From: Octopus sinensis
Taxonomy: Eukaryota
Length of the DNA stretch: 64,000 bases
Assembly: GCF_006345805.1 (NCBI RefSeq)
Contig: NC_043013.1
Coordinates: 45,322,001-45,386,000, forward strand
Reading direction: 5' to 3'
The notes beneath the pieces are model-generated. The model was not told the origin of the DNA. It saw only the letters and a list, made by a program, of their open reading frames with translations, and did no database searches. A program made the position numbers and the translations under genes. Positions 50,770 through 63,757 of the stretch are shown piece by piece (the first letter of the stretch is position 1; each line of letters starts with the position of its first letter).

Positions 50770-50960
50770 GGTACTCCGTCGGTTACAGCCTAACAGAGTG
50801 TCCCAAGGCTGGCCCTTTGAAATACAGGTACAGCAGAAACAGGCAGAAAGAGTGAGAGAATGTTGTGGTGAAAGAGTACAACAGGGTTTGCCACCCCACA
50901 CCTGACGGATCCTCGTGGAGCTTTAGGTGTTTTCGTTCAATAAAGACTCACAACAACCGG
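50770..50960 (-). mobile_element. SINE family C fragment
   Basis: gaaagagtacaacaggg...gtggagctttaggtgtttt. Confidence 0.7.
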
Positions 50961-50984
50961 TCTGGGATCCTCATTTGGTAACCA

Positions 50985-51119
50985 TATGGTTTCGGAATCA
51001 GTCCCACTGCATGACACCTTGGGGAAATGTGTTATGCCGTAGCCCAGGGGGAATGTGTTATTGGGGAAATGTCTTATGCCTTGTGACTAAATTCGGTATA
51101 CGGAAACTGCGGAAACCTG

Positions 51120-51168
<49 letters not shown>

Positions 51169-51385
51169 CATATATATATGTGTATATGTACGTATGACTT
51201 TGCATTTGTATCCCCCCCCCGGCCACTGCTTGACAACCGGTGTTTGTTTACGCCCCCGTAACTGGCAGAATAAGGTACCAGACTTTTAAAAAAATTAAGA
51301 ACTGGGGCCGATTTGTTTGATTAAAGCCTTAAAGGCGATGCTCCAGCTTGGTCGCAATTCAATGACTGAAACAAGTAAAAGAAAA
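50985..51385 (+). mobile_element. SINE family A, diverged
   Basis: cagtcccactgc head remnant; tgactgaaacaagtaaaag tail. Confidence 0.65.
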
Positions 51386-51479
51386 GGTAAAAGAAACACG
51401 TACATAGTACGCGCATGCGCACATACACATTTACGCACACACACACACAGACACACACAGACGCACGCACAGACACACG

Positions 51480-52265
51480 TATGTATGTATGTATGTATGT
51501 ATGTATGTATGTATGTATGTATGTATGTTTGTATGTATTATGTATGTATGTTTTGTAATGTATGTATGTATGTATGTTATGTATGTATGTATGTATGTAT
51601 GTATGTATATGTATGTATGCATGCATGTATGCATGTATGTATGTATGTATGTATGTATGTATGTATGTATGTATGTATGTATGTATGTATGTTTGTATGT
51701 ATGTATGTTTGTATGTTTGTATGATGTATGTATGTTTGTATGTATGTATGTATGTATGTATGTATGTATGTATTATGCATGCATGTATGCATGTATGTAT
51801 GTATGTATGTATGTATGTATGTATGTTTGTATGTTTGTATGTATGTATGTATGGTTGTATGTATGTATGTATGTATGTATGTATGCATGTATGCATGTAT
51901 GTATGTATGTATGTATGTATGTATGTATGTATGTATGTATGTATGTATGTATGTTTGTATGTATATGTATGTTTGTATGTTTGTATGTATGTATGTATGT
52001 TTGTATGTATGTATGTATGTATGTATGTATGTATGTATGTATGCATGCATGTATGCATGTATGTATGTATGTATGTATGTATGTATGTATGTTTGTATGT
52101 TTGTATGTATGTATGTATGGTTGTATGTATGTATGTATGTATGTATGTATGTATGTATGCATGTATGTATGTATGTATGTATGTATGTATGTATGTATGT
52201 ATGTATGTATGTATGTATGCATGCATGCATGCATGTATGTATGTATGTATGTATTTATGTATGTA
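51480..52265. repeat. (TATG)n array with variant blocks repeating at about 266 bp
   Basis: Marker ggttg at 51853 and 52119 in the same variant context. Confidence 0.9.
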
Positions 52266-52783
52266 TGAGTGATTGGTGTTAATGCGGTACCATAGGTTTC
52301 ACGTTGAATCATTAGCAATTTTTCGCATTTTTTACTCCCGTTCTCCTGGTTAAGTTTTGTGAAATAGCCAGGCATTAATCGTTACTTGTCTCTTTACATA
52401 GCTTTGTAAAATATTTACAGTTTCATTCTTTAGTCTGTCATATAGCAATGTATTCCCACAGGACAGCAAAGCTGTTATCAATTTAGTTTATAGAAACATA
52501 AACTGCTCCCTACCTCATGTCTCTATAAACGTACAAATAAAATGTCTGTTTTTTTTTTAAATCAAAATCAAAACAATGTATATTCTGGGGAAGGAAGAAG
52601 CGGTATTTTTACGCTTGTGTTACATTTCTCAAAGTTTGTAAGCAGCATGAATCCAGAGTTGAAACCAAGGTTTCGATTCACCATGAACTTACATTTTACT
52701 CTTCGTTTGCCCCAAGAAATGAGGAAAAAATATATAGTTTCTCTTTCACTAATCACACACGAGCTAATTTTAGGAAGATCATG

Positions 52784-53200
52784 GTATCTTTTCGGTTTTA
52801 ACGGCAGTTTTTTCTAGCGGTGTCATATGAAATTATCACCCATAATTATGACCCTAGTATTGATCCATTGCATTTCAATCTGTTTTAGGGTTAGGGTTAG
52901 GGGTGTGAGGAAGGGTATCTTTTTTTCTTCACAAATGTAAATAAACCCAATCTGTTTCTTAAACGAGAGACATATTCATACGGCACAGAATGTTTTCACC
53001 TCAATAGACGTCACTGATTGGTTGAAATTGCAGAAATTGAAGAAAAACAACAACAAATATCTTACAAACTATAGAATTTTCTCAATAAAGCCAAGAAAAA
53101 AAGATGTTTTATAAACACATTCTACCAATATACGAAGTTTAAAAGTGTTTAGTTACGTGGAAATTATTAAAAAAAACTGCCGGTCAAACCGAAAAGATCC
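52784..53200. mobile_element. Merlin-like MITE
   Basis: 8-bp TSD AGATCATG/AGATCGTG (1 mismatch). Confidence 0.9.
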
Positions 53201-53869
53201 AGATCGTGTTTATTAACTGTAAAAATGAAGTAAAATAGTTTTAATCGCGAACTGAAACCATGTCGGGGTTTGTCAATGCTTGCTTCATGTTCTATAGCAA
53301 ACTCTTCATAAATGGAAGAACAGTTTATGAACCAGTTCTGAATATGCTTGGAGAAATACTTCCATTACCGCTAAAGAGAATCTGAAAGACATCTGTACCG
53401 TTCGAATGACGACAGCGATTCATTTACAAAACGCATGCTAACAACAATAGTATATTCTACGGTAAAGACTCACCGCTTGCTGCTTTAGATCGTGTTACTT
53501 GTAAATGGAACTGGCCAAAGATCTTCAAATATTTACAACTGCAAAACAGCTAAATGATGAAGAATGCTTTTTAACAAATTACATGCACCACTAAAGCTAT
53601 GCATGTGATGTTGCACACAAGATATGCATAGAATGCTGTGCAGAGAAAAATGCAAATGCTTGCATCAAGTAAAGATCATCTGTCTTTGTATACTTATAGG
53701 TTTTCGTGAAATGATGACTTGTTTTTTATATTACATAATGTCTCTAGGTTCTGCAATACCAAGTTACCAAATTAACTCGACACATCTTTCACTTCTCTTC
53801 GCTTCTCTTTCATCTATTCCCCCTCCCTCTTCCTACGCGTCACTTTCTACATCTCTCTCTCTCTTTCTC

Positions 53870-53900
<31 letters not shown>

Positions 53901-54039
53901 CTTTCTCTCTCTCTCTCTTTCTTTCTTCCACTTTGAATTTCTTTCCCCTCTTGTTTCGTCATGCAATTTCGTCTCACCACCCTTCACTATCTGCTTTACA
54001 CCCCTCCCCTTGCTGTCTGTCTATCTATCTATTTGTTTG

Positions 54040-54350
54040 TAACACCACCACCACCATTGCCGCCGCAAACAACACCGCTGTCACCACCATCCCACCACCA
54101 CCACCACCACCACCACCACCACCACCACCATCACCACCATCACTACCATCACCACCACTGCCGCCGCCGCAACCGACACCGCTGCCACCGTCGCTGCTAT
54201 CGCCGCCTCCACCACCGCCGCCGCTGCCACCACCACCACCACCACCACCACCACGAAAGCCACAGCCGCTGTCGCCGCCACGACAGTCGATGACAGAGAG
54301 AAGAAAGGTGGTGTTGGTGTTGGTGGTGGTGGTGTTGGTTGTAGTGGTGG
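54040..54350. repeat. (CAC/CGC)n degenerate microsatellite
   Basis: Direct reading; source of the poly-P/poly-H ORFs. Confidence 0.9.
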
Positions 54351-54804
54351 TTTATATAAACTAAACACGCAAAAAGGTTCCGTTAATTAACGACCCACGA
54401 ACAAACAAACAAGCAAACAAATCAGCCGGACACACTTACAAAAGTCAATGATTGAGTCACTGACAGAATAGAGAGACAGAGAGACCCTGATACGCGTGCT
54501 GATGTACTCAACAACAAAAAAACAAAAAAACAACAACTTAAATACTAACTTAACAAACATTATAAGCTTTGCGTGGTTTGGTTTATTTTCACGAACAGCC
54601 ATCTTTGCCACGCAGTTATACAACTAAATGTTTATAAACCTTTCTATCAAGGAAAACGTTATTTACCACACATTTATTTATAGGGTAAACACTGTATCTT
54701 CGTCACTTTCTGCATATGTGTGTGTCTATATGTCTGTGTGTCTGTCTGTCTATCTGTTTGGTTGTCTTACAGTCGTTCCACCTGTCTTGCTTGTTATTTG
54801 CATA

Positions 54805-54809
54805 GTCTG

Positions 54810-54878
<69 letters not shown>

Positions 54879-54883
54879 GTCTG

Positions 54884-54916
<33 letters not shown>

Positions 54917-54921
54917 GTCTG

Positions 54922-54992
<71 letters not shown>

Positions 54993-55104
54993 GTTTGTCT
55001 GTCTTTGTCTATCTATCTATCTATCTATCTATCCATCTATCTATCTATCTATATCTATCTATCTATCTATCTATATCTATCTATCTATCTTCTATCTATC
55101 TTTG

Positions 55105-55161
<57 letters not shown>

Positions 55162-55162
55162 G

Positions 55163-55255
<93 letters not shown>

Positions 55256-55265
55256 GTCTATTTAT
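54805..55265. repeat. (CTAT)n array
   Basis: Direct reading. Confidence 0.95.
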
Positions 55266-55992
55266 CTATGTCAGTCTGTCCCCATTATCTGTCAACTTGC
55301 TTGTGTAACATTCTCTCTCTCTCCCCCTCTCTCTATAATATATATATATCGTCTGTGTGTGTGTGCGTGTATTTATGCAAGCATGTATGCATGCACCCAT
55401 GTATATATATATGCACGTGCATTTTTAAAGCGTGCAAACAGAAGGTAATACAATACACGCACGTAGGCACACGCACACACACACACACACACACACCACA
55501 CACACCACACACACACACATGCACACGCACACACACACGTACGTACGCAAATCTCATTATAAACACACCAGATTAACAGATGACAACAACGTTTTAGCTA
55601 CGTGTATGTGATAAAGAGAAAGAAAAAGAAATGGGAAGAGAAAAGTAATAAGAACGAAAGGGAGGGAGTAAGAGAGAGAGAGACAGAGAGAGAGAAAGTG
55701 AGACAGATAGAGACAGAGAAAGACTAATATGTTAGAGAGAGGGGGAGTATTTATGTTTTCCTAGCAAGATATGCGAGTCGTAGTTCTTACGTAACACAGA
55801 CAAGGTTCTTGAAGTTTTTTTTTTGAAAATTATTTTATTTGTTTTTCGACGAACAGACTGTAATTGCGTAATTACGAATTAGACACTTGCATTCTGACAA
55901 CCAAAAGCATCAGAGTCTGCAAAATGCACCTGCACCTGCAAATTATTCCTGCATGTAAGCAATAACAATACAAAGAGGAATATATATATCTG

Positions 55993-56061
<69 letters not shown>

Positions 56062-56263
56062 GTCTATCTATCTTTCTATCTATCCATCTATTTATCTCTC
56101 TCTCTCTGGCGACTTTGCTTTCATCCTTTCGGGGTCGATAAATAAAGTACCAGTTTCGCTCTGGGGTCTATGTAATCGACTTAGTCCCATGTTTGTCCCC
56201 TCTATGTTTAGCCCCTTGTGGGCAGTAAAGAAATATATATATATATATATGTATATATATATG

Positions 56264-56326
<63 letters not shown>

Positions 56327-56469
56327 ACGTAAAAATAAATGGTAAGAAAAGGAACAGAATATGTAAATTTGAAACAATTCATCAGTTCTTTGAAATTCAT
56401 TATTAATTCTATAGATTCTACCATTGTTTTTGGAATTTATTAAGACGGCTACGGACAACCAAAGACAAA

Positions 56470-56631
56470 TACATACACGCGCGCGCGTATACAAACACAC
56501 ACACACACACAAGCACACACACATACACATCCACATACACACTGAAAGCTACAGTGAGATATGTATTAGATACAGACAGTACAAAGATACACAGCAACAT
56601 ATGCACACATAAGCAGACATACACACACACA

Positions 56632-56675
<44 letters not shown>

Positions 56676-57466
56676 TGGACGGACTTATGTACACAAACGC
56701 ACATGCTCACTCACATCTCAACACACAAATATGCATGCATACATGCACGCACACAAAAACACGCGCACATAGACAAACAACGACAGATGTGTGCACAGAT
56801 ACAAACACATACCGACAGACAGATACGCGCACACAAACATAACGATATACAAATGTGCATACACACACACACGCACACACACACAATTACGCACACTAAC
56901 AGACAGATATGCACATACACGTATACACAGCAACAACAGACAAGTCAGCACATGCACACACACAGCGTCAGACATACGCATATACACATAATGATAAGGT
57001 GTACGCTCACAAGAACAGACAAGTTTGCAGACACACTCACACACATACACACACACACACACACACACATACACATATACATACACTAACAGACAGATAT
57101 GCACATACACGTATACACACATACGCACATACACATAACGATAAGGTGTACGCTCACAAGAACAGACAAGTTTGCAGACACACACACACACACACATATA
57201 CATATACACACACACACACAGTCATGTGTACACACAAATACGAACGCATTTACACAAATGGTTAGAGCAATATGGACTCATACACACACACACACACACA
57301 CAGTGATAGACATATGTACATGCACAAATATATACGCACAGACCGATACACGTAGACGGTCACGGACACACACATACAGTGACAGGCAACACAGATACAT
57401 CCGTGCAGGCATGCATACTCACACTAGCATGTACGCCTACGTACTCACGCGTGCACACATACACGC

Positions 57467-57497
<31 letters not shown>

Positions 57498-57900
57498 TAC
57501 ATATTCATACATACACGCGCGCTCTCTTACACGCAGACACAGACACACACGCTCTTTCTCACACAAGCGTACAAACCTACTCCTTTTCCCTCACACACGT
57601 ACACACACGATTCTCATACGCAGAAATAAAACAAAATCTCTCCCCCTCTCTCTCTCTCTCAGTCTCTCTCTCTCTCAGTCTCTCTCTCTCTCAGTCTCTC
57701 TCTCTCTCTCTCGCTTGCACACAGCCGCATCCATAGACACACACACACACACATACACACATACACCCGCAAGCGCACAAACACACGAACAACAACATAC
57801 ACACCTACTCACACAGCCACCATATACACATGCGCATACACTTTCACAGACGCTTGCACATTCTCATAGACACAACCTCGCGCTCGCACACACATTCCCC
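56470..57900. repeat. Degenerate (CA)n-derived low-complexity region with internal duplication
   Basis: ctaacagacagatatgcacatacacgtatacac at 56896 and 57086. Confidence 0.85.
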
Positions 57901-58289
57901 CCCCTCCACACTTCTCGCAGACGATCGTTTTCTCTTCCTTTCTCTTCCACTCTCTCTCTCTCTCTTTTTCCCATTTTCTCTCCCCCCAACACCTTTCACC
58001 TATATACACGCGCAAATTTGCCGTCAAGGAATCCCTCGCTAGTCAAGCATACTATACGTCTTGTGATAATTGATGTCTCCACCTGATCAGTCCAAGCAAC
58101 CACTAGAGACGAACTTCCAAGTAAAATCATTAATGCTATTTTAGTACAACAGTGTTTACCTTCTCTAGGGCCATGGCAAGACTACAAACGCTGAATTGCA
58201 AGCAGATAACAAGACAATAATTAGGATTATCATACTGAATATAGTAAGAGAAACTAGCTAATTAATTTGTAATATTCATCAATTAACAA

Positions 58290-58960
58290 AGGTGCCGAGC
58301 TGGCAGAATCGTTAGCACGCTGGGCAAAATGTCCTAGCGATATTTCACCTGTCTCTATGTTCTGAGTTCAACTGCCGCCAGAGTCGACTTAGATTTCCAT
58401 GGTTTAGGGGGTCGATAAAATAAGTACCAATTAAGCACGGGCATCGATGTAATCGACTTAATCCCCCCCCCACCCGAAATTGCTGGCCTTGTGGTAAAAT
58501 TTTAAACCAATATTTATCAATTAACGAAGGCGATTAGCTGGCAGAATCGCTAACAGGCTGGGCAAAATGTCCAAGCGATATTTCACCTGTCTCTACGTTC
58601 TGAGTTCAACTGCCGCCAGAGTCGACTTAGATTTCCATGGTTTAGGGGGTCGATAAAATAAGTACCAATTAAGCACGGGCATCGATGTAATCGACTTAAT
58701 CCCCCCCCACCCAAAATTGCTGGCCTTGTGGTAAAATTTTAAACCAATATTTATCAATAAACGAAGGCGGCGAGCTGGCAGAATCGTTAACACGCTGGTC
58801 AAAATGTCCTAACAGCCGTAAGTTCAAATTCCGCCAAAGTCGACTTTGTCTTTTATCCTTTCGGGTCGATAAAATAAGTCCCAGTTGAGCACTGGTGTAG
58901 GTTTAATCGACTTACCCCCTGCCTCAAACTTGCTGGCCTCATGCCAAAATTTGAAACCAA
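58290..58960 (+). mobile_element. Three tandem SINE family B units (period about 238 bp)
   Basis: Units 1 and 2 share private variants (gttcaactgccgccagagtcgacttagatttccatggtttagggg). Confidence 0.85.
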
Positions 58961-59348
58961 TATTTATTAATTAATACCAAGAAGAAGACATTTGCTGAAT
59001 AACTATTATTAATTTGATCCAATTTTAGTTTGTACTGGGCGACAACTCTGGACATATTTCTGTCGTATAAGATCTCATCAACGAAGTATAGCCTTCGATT
59101 GCGCTAGATTGCCTATATGAGACCAGTGATAGGGAAGCCATGGTATAATTTACTTGATCATGGCTGATGTGAAACTAAATAACAACAACAGTAACAACAA
59201 CTACAAACATGGGCAATATCGACCATAATAACAACCACTACAATAATAACGATCATAACAGTAATAATATGAACGATAAGGACATAAGTATTATCCTCAT
59301 CAGCAGCAACAGCACTACAACCATAACAACAACAGTGATAACAATAAT

Positions 59349-59753
59349 AACTAGAAAAGCACTCGGAGAGCGCAGACCTCCGCCAAGCAGCTCATTCTAA
59401 GATAGAGACGCAAGTAAGATTACTAATAGAGAAACGAAAATAAACTTTGGAAACAGCAACGCCACCATAGGTTACGTGGAAACGACGAATGTATTTTCAA
59501 GGGAGATAATCAAAGAACGTAACGTTGTAATACTTCATGTAAAGTAAATATAACAAATGAAAAATCCTTCAAGAAACCATAAAAGTTCCCGGGTCACTAC
59601 CAAAATTTCATAATCTGTTCCTTGTGTCATTACCAATTTTTCCTGCAAGTTTAATCCAATACCGTTCACAACTTTTTGAGTTATTTTGCACACAGACAGA
59701 CAGACGGATAAACCAACGCTGATGAAAAAATCTCCTTCCTTAGCGGAGGTAAT
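59349..59753. mobile_element. HINE/Helentron-like non-autonomous element
   Basis: Subterminal inverted motifs ACCTCCGCC / (A)GCGGAGGT, (ACAG)n core; termini shared with 62636-63010. Confidence 0.55.
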
Positions 59754-59916
59754 GATAACACTGGTCAACAGCCAATTTTCATCAGGGATATTCTATGTTA
59801 TTTTATATGTAGGTTTTGTCTGCAGATTTCTAAAATGTAATCAGTTTCCTTCTATCACAGTTTTTCTGATGAGCTAAGAGAGGTATATAACTCCCATCAG
59901 CGGTATCGCTACACGT

Positions 59917-60138
59917 AAGGCGGCGAGCTGGCAGAATCGTTAGCACGTCGGGCGAAATACTTAGAGGTATTTCGGCTGCCGTTACGTTGTGAGTTCAAAT
60001 TCCGCCGAGGTCGACTTTGCCTTTCATCCTTTCGGGGTCGTTAAATTAAGTACCAGTTAAGCACTGGGGTCGATATAATCGACTTAATACCTATGTCTGT
60101 CCATGTTTGTCCTCTCTATGTTTAGCCCCTCTATGTTG
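59917..60138 (+). mobile_element. SINE family B with 12-bp TSD
   Basis: CGCTACACGTAA at 59907-59918 and 60139-60150. Confidence 0.9.
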
Positions 60139-60295
60139 CGCTACACGTAAACGTCTTATACTGGTAAATTCTGACTTCTGTTTTATAACTATTGTATTCA
60201 TTTTGTAATTTTATGTTTTCATAATTTTTTATTTTCATAAATTTCACTTTCTGTTTAAGGTACCAAGTCATCATCGTCATCAAATTCTACTCAGG

Positions 60296-61125
60296 ATGTC
60301 AAGGCATTGCAAGAACAGTCCTGATATATTTTGTCATGTCTGTGGGTCATTTACCACCAAAGCTCAGCAACGTGCCATCACAAGTGAAATCAAGAAGATC
60401 TACCAGTTATACTTTGGCTGCTCTCTTGGGGATCAAGATAAGGGCCCCGCACATCATCTGCTCAGCTTGTTCAAATGGACTAAGGGATTGGCTAAATAAG
60501 AGGAAGAGAGCAATGCCGTTTGCAATACCTATAATATGGAGAGAGCCAAAGGATCATTTCATGGACTGTTATTTCTGCAACATTAATGTATGTGGGTTTA
60601 CTGTAAAGACAAAGCATAAGATTGTGTATCCCAACTTGGAACCAGCACGAAGACCAGTACCATACAACGATGAGAATCTTCCTATTCCAATATCACCAGA
60701 AAATGGCCTTCAGACGTCTGACGAAGATGTATTTCCTGAAGAAAATATTACTGCTGTGGAAGACACCGAAGTGGAAGCAGATTTCACGATTGAAAATGAA
60801 GACGTACCACAGAAATTTTCTCAAGGAGAGTTAAATGATTTAGTTAGAGACTTATCATTGTCGAAGGATAAAGCTGAACTATTAGCATCTCGCCTACAAG
60901 AAAAGTGTCTGCCTAAGAAAGATGTTTGTATTACTCATTTCAGGAAGAGAAATAGGGTTCTGACTTCATGCTTCTCTGTTGATGGACCACTTTGTTTCAG
61001 TAACAACACTGATGAGTTATTTCGCTGTTTGTTCCAAGAGCATGTTCCAGCTGAATGGCGCTTATTCATTGATTCATCCAAGAGAAGTCTCAAGGCAGTA
61101 CTACTACACAACGGGAATAAGAAAC
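60296..61125 (+). pseudogene. Chapaev3-type transposase, N-terminal ~275 codons, one frameshift, truncated
   Basis: MSRHCKNSPDIFCHVCG..YFGCSLGDQDK/(W)APHIICSAC..WREPKDHFMDCYFC (Chapa-type Zn motif)...ELNDLVRDLSLSK..WRLFIDSSKRSLKAVLLHNGN; frameshift near 60443 joins ORFs 60296 and 60336. Confidence 0.8.
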
Positions 61126-61417
61126 GATAAAAGGCAAAGTCGACCTCGGCGGAATTTGAACTCAGAACGTAGCGGCAGACGAAATACCTATTTCTTTTCT
61201 ACTCACAAGGGGCAAAACACTGAGAGGACAAACAAGGACAAACACACGGATTAAGTTGATTACATCGAACCCAGTGCGTAACTGGTACTTATTTAATCGA
61301 CCCCGAAAGGATGAAAGGCAAAGTCGACCTCGACGGAATTTGAACTCAGAACGTAGCGGCAGACGAAATACCGCTAGGCATTTCGGCCGGAGTGATAACG
61401 TTTCTGCCAGCTCGCCT
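61125..61417 (-). mobile_element. SINE family B dimer truncating the transposase
   Basis: Full monomer plus a second headless monomer. Confidence 0.85.
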
Positions 61418-61930
61418 CTCTTCTACCTCTGTTACTGCCTCTGGCTCTGATGCCGCCGCCGCCTCTACCACCGCTCCCTCCGCTGCCGCCGCCACCATTA
61501 CCACCATCACAAGAGCAACGACAAGAATAACCACCGCTACAACCCCGACTGCCACCTTCAGCACCTTCATCACAACAGTCGCCGCCGCCGCCGTTGTCAC
61601 CGCCACCACAGCCATCATCACGCCGCTGTCATTATTTTTTCTCGAAGTGAAAACAAATCAATATTTTTAGCCGACAACATTCAACCCAAATCTTTAATTA
61701 TTTCAAACTGAGAAGTAATTAATTGTTAAAAATTGTAATTATTACGTTAATGAAATAATTTATGGTAGTCACGATAAAACGCCCAACTATCTTGTTGCAC
61801 CGAGTACACTTTGTTTTTTTACCTTCTGAGTTCAAATCTGGCGAGCGTCAAACGCATCTGTCTATATTATAGGGACCCTTGGCTTTATAACATCATCTAT
61901 TCTACAATGTTAAAGACGAAAATAAACAAA

Positions 61931-62354
61931 GGATCTTTTCGGTTTGAACGGCTGTTTTTTAAAATAATTTCCACGGAACTAAACACTTTTAAACTTCGCA
62001 TACTGGTAGAATGTGTTTATAAAACATCTTTTTCTCTTGGCTTTATTGAGAAAATTCTATAGTTTGTAAGATATTTGTTGGGTTTTTTTCTTCAATTTCT
62101 GCAATTTCAACCAATCAATGACGTCTATTGAGGTGAAAACATTCTGTGCCGTATGAATATGTCCCTCGTTTAAGAAACAGATTGGGTTTATTTACATTTC
62201 TGAAGAAAAAAAGATACCCTTCCCCCCACCTCTAACCCTAACCCAAGCCCTAAACGAGATTGAAATGCAATAGATTGATACTAGGGTCATAATTATGAGT
62301 GACAATTTCATGTGATACCGCTAGAAAAAACTGCCGTTCAAACCGAAAAGATCC
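61931..62354. mobile_element. Merlin-like MITE
   Basis: TIRs intact; flanks TAAACAAA/GAAACAAA (7 of 8 match). Confidence 0.9.
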
Positions 62355-62635
62355 GAAACAAATACTCCATAAAACAACAGTTAAAAACCGAAAGGTAAAT
62401 GGGTGACTCGAACTTAGAAGATGAGTTGTGACAAAATATCGCATCTAATTGTATATATATATATGTGTGTGTGCGTGTGTGTTTACAGTTATAATAAAAA
62501 CAATTTTACATTAATCTCATGGGTTACTTTATACTTTTGTAGAGTACAAATGTATTATTCCTATATAAGAACGAACGTTATTGACAATGATTTCGAAGCC
62601 TCGCTCAGTTAAGCTATCGTTTGAATGATGATAAG

Positions 62636-63010
62636 AACAAGAGCACTCAGAGAGCGCAAACCTCTGCCAAGGCAACGCCAATATCCTCTCAAAGATTAAC
62701 CAGAGGTCATTTTTAAAATGAGAATACCTGAAATAAACTCGATTGTTTTCACAAACGAGAATATTAAAAATGAATCCGACCGCTCTCAAAAATTAAGTAA
62801 AAAAAAAAAAAGAAAGGAAAAGTAATCCAGGATCTTTGTCCAGTACCGAATCGATTCCCAAATCTAATCAGTTCCTACCAGTCACAAGGCCAAACATCCC
62901 TGAAGGTTTCATCCGAATCCATCCAGCGGTTCTTGAGATACCTTGTCTATGGACAAACAAACAAATACGACTGAAAACAATGCCTCCGCCTTCGTTGAGG
63001 CGGAGGTAAT
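62636..63010. mobile_element. HINE/Helentron-like non-autonomous element
   Basis: aagagcactcagagagcgcaaacctctgccaag start; terminal hairpin CCTCCGCC-TTCGTTGA-GGCGGAGG; (ACAA)n core. Confidence 0.55.
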
Positions 63011-63757
63011 AATACTTTCTATTAAAGGTTGTGATGGTGGTTGTGATGGTGGTGGTTGTTGTGGTGGTAGTTGTGATGGTGGTGACGATCGATGGCTGTG
63101 TTAACATTCTAATTTGTGTAATAACTCTGTTACTGGTGCATCACATGTAAACATGTATTTTGGTTTTAAGTAAATGCTTATAGATTAGATGTTTACAACA
63201 TGATATTGAAAACAGATTTCCTTTCAAAGTCCATCGAATTCAGCTAAAAACTTGTCACGTATCACTGCTGACGCTTGTGCTATAAGCTTGCCTTCCACAT
63301 TCTCTGAAATTCCAGGAAATACCCAGAATCGGGTACACAAATTTCCTGCACCCATGCGCCCACTGTACCTTCCTTGTCTGCACAAAAACTGTGACTGGGA
63401 GATCAATGAAATCGATAATAATCGAATATATGGTGCTGTGTGCATATTTTAGTAGTCATTGTCATCTGTGTTGTTTAATCCAAGCTCTGTCCTAACTTAG
63501 TAGATCTATAATCTAAAAGGTTACAGCTATAACTATCGCATTGTAGCGAGCAGCTACAGAATAGCTAAGCGAAGATTCGAACCAAATTCACATTTCTCAA
63601 CATTGTCAAGCAATTCTTAAAACCTATTGTTTTCTCGTCTCTGCACTAAAAAATTAATGTGAATAAGTCGAACCCCTGATCTTTCTCTGGGAATTCTGTA
63701 GTTAACCCTGATAATACTGTAAAAAAATCTATTGTTCTAAGTTGACCTACTTTAACC

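Larger units (their letters stand above)
59759..61125 (+). mobile_element. Chapaev3-like (CMC) DNA transposon, 5' half
   Basis: TAA|CACTGGTCAACA candidate 5' terminus followed by the transposase ORF; 3' half absent. Confidence 0.65.

Noticed and set aside
63224-63452. Overlapping 66-73-aa ORFs
   Set aside because: No recognisable domain or splice context
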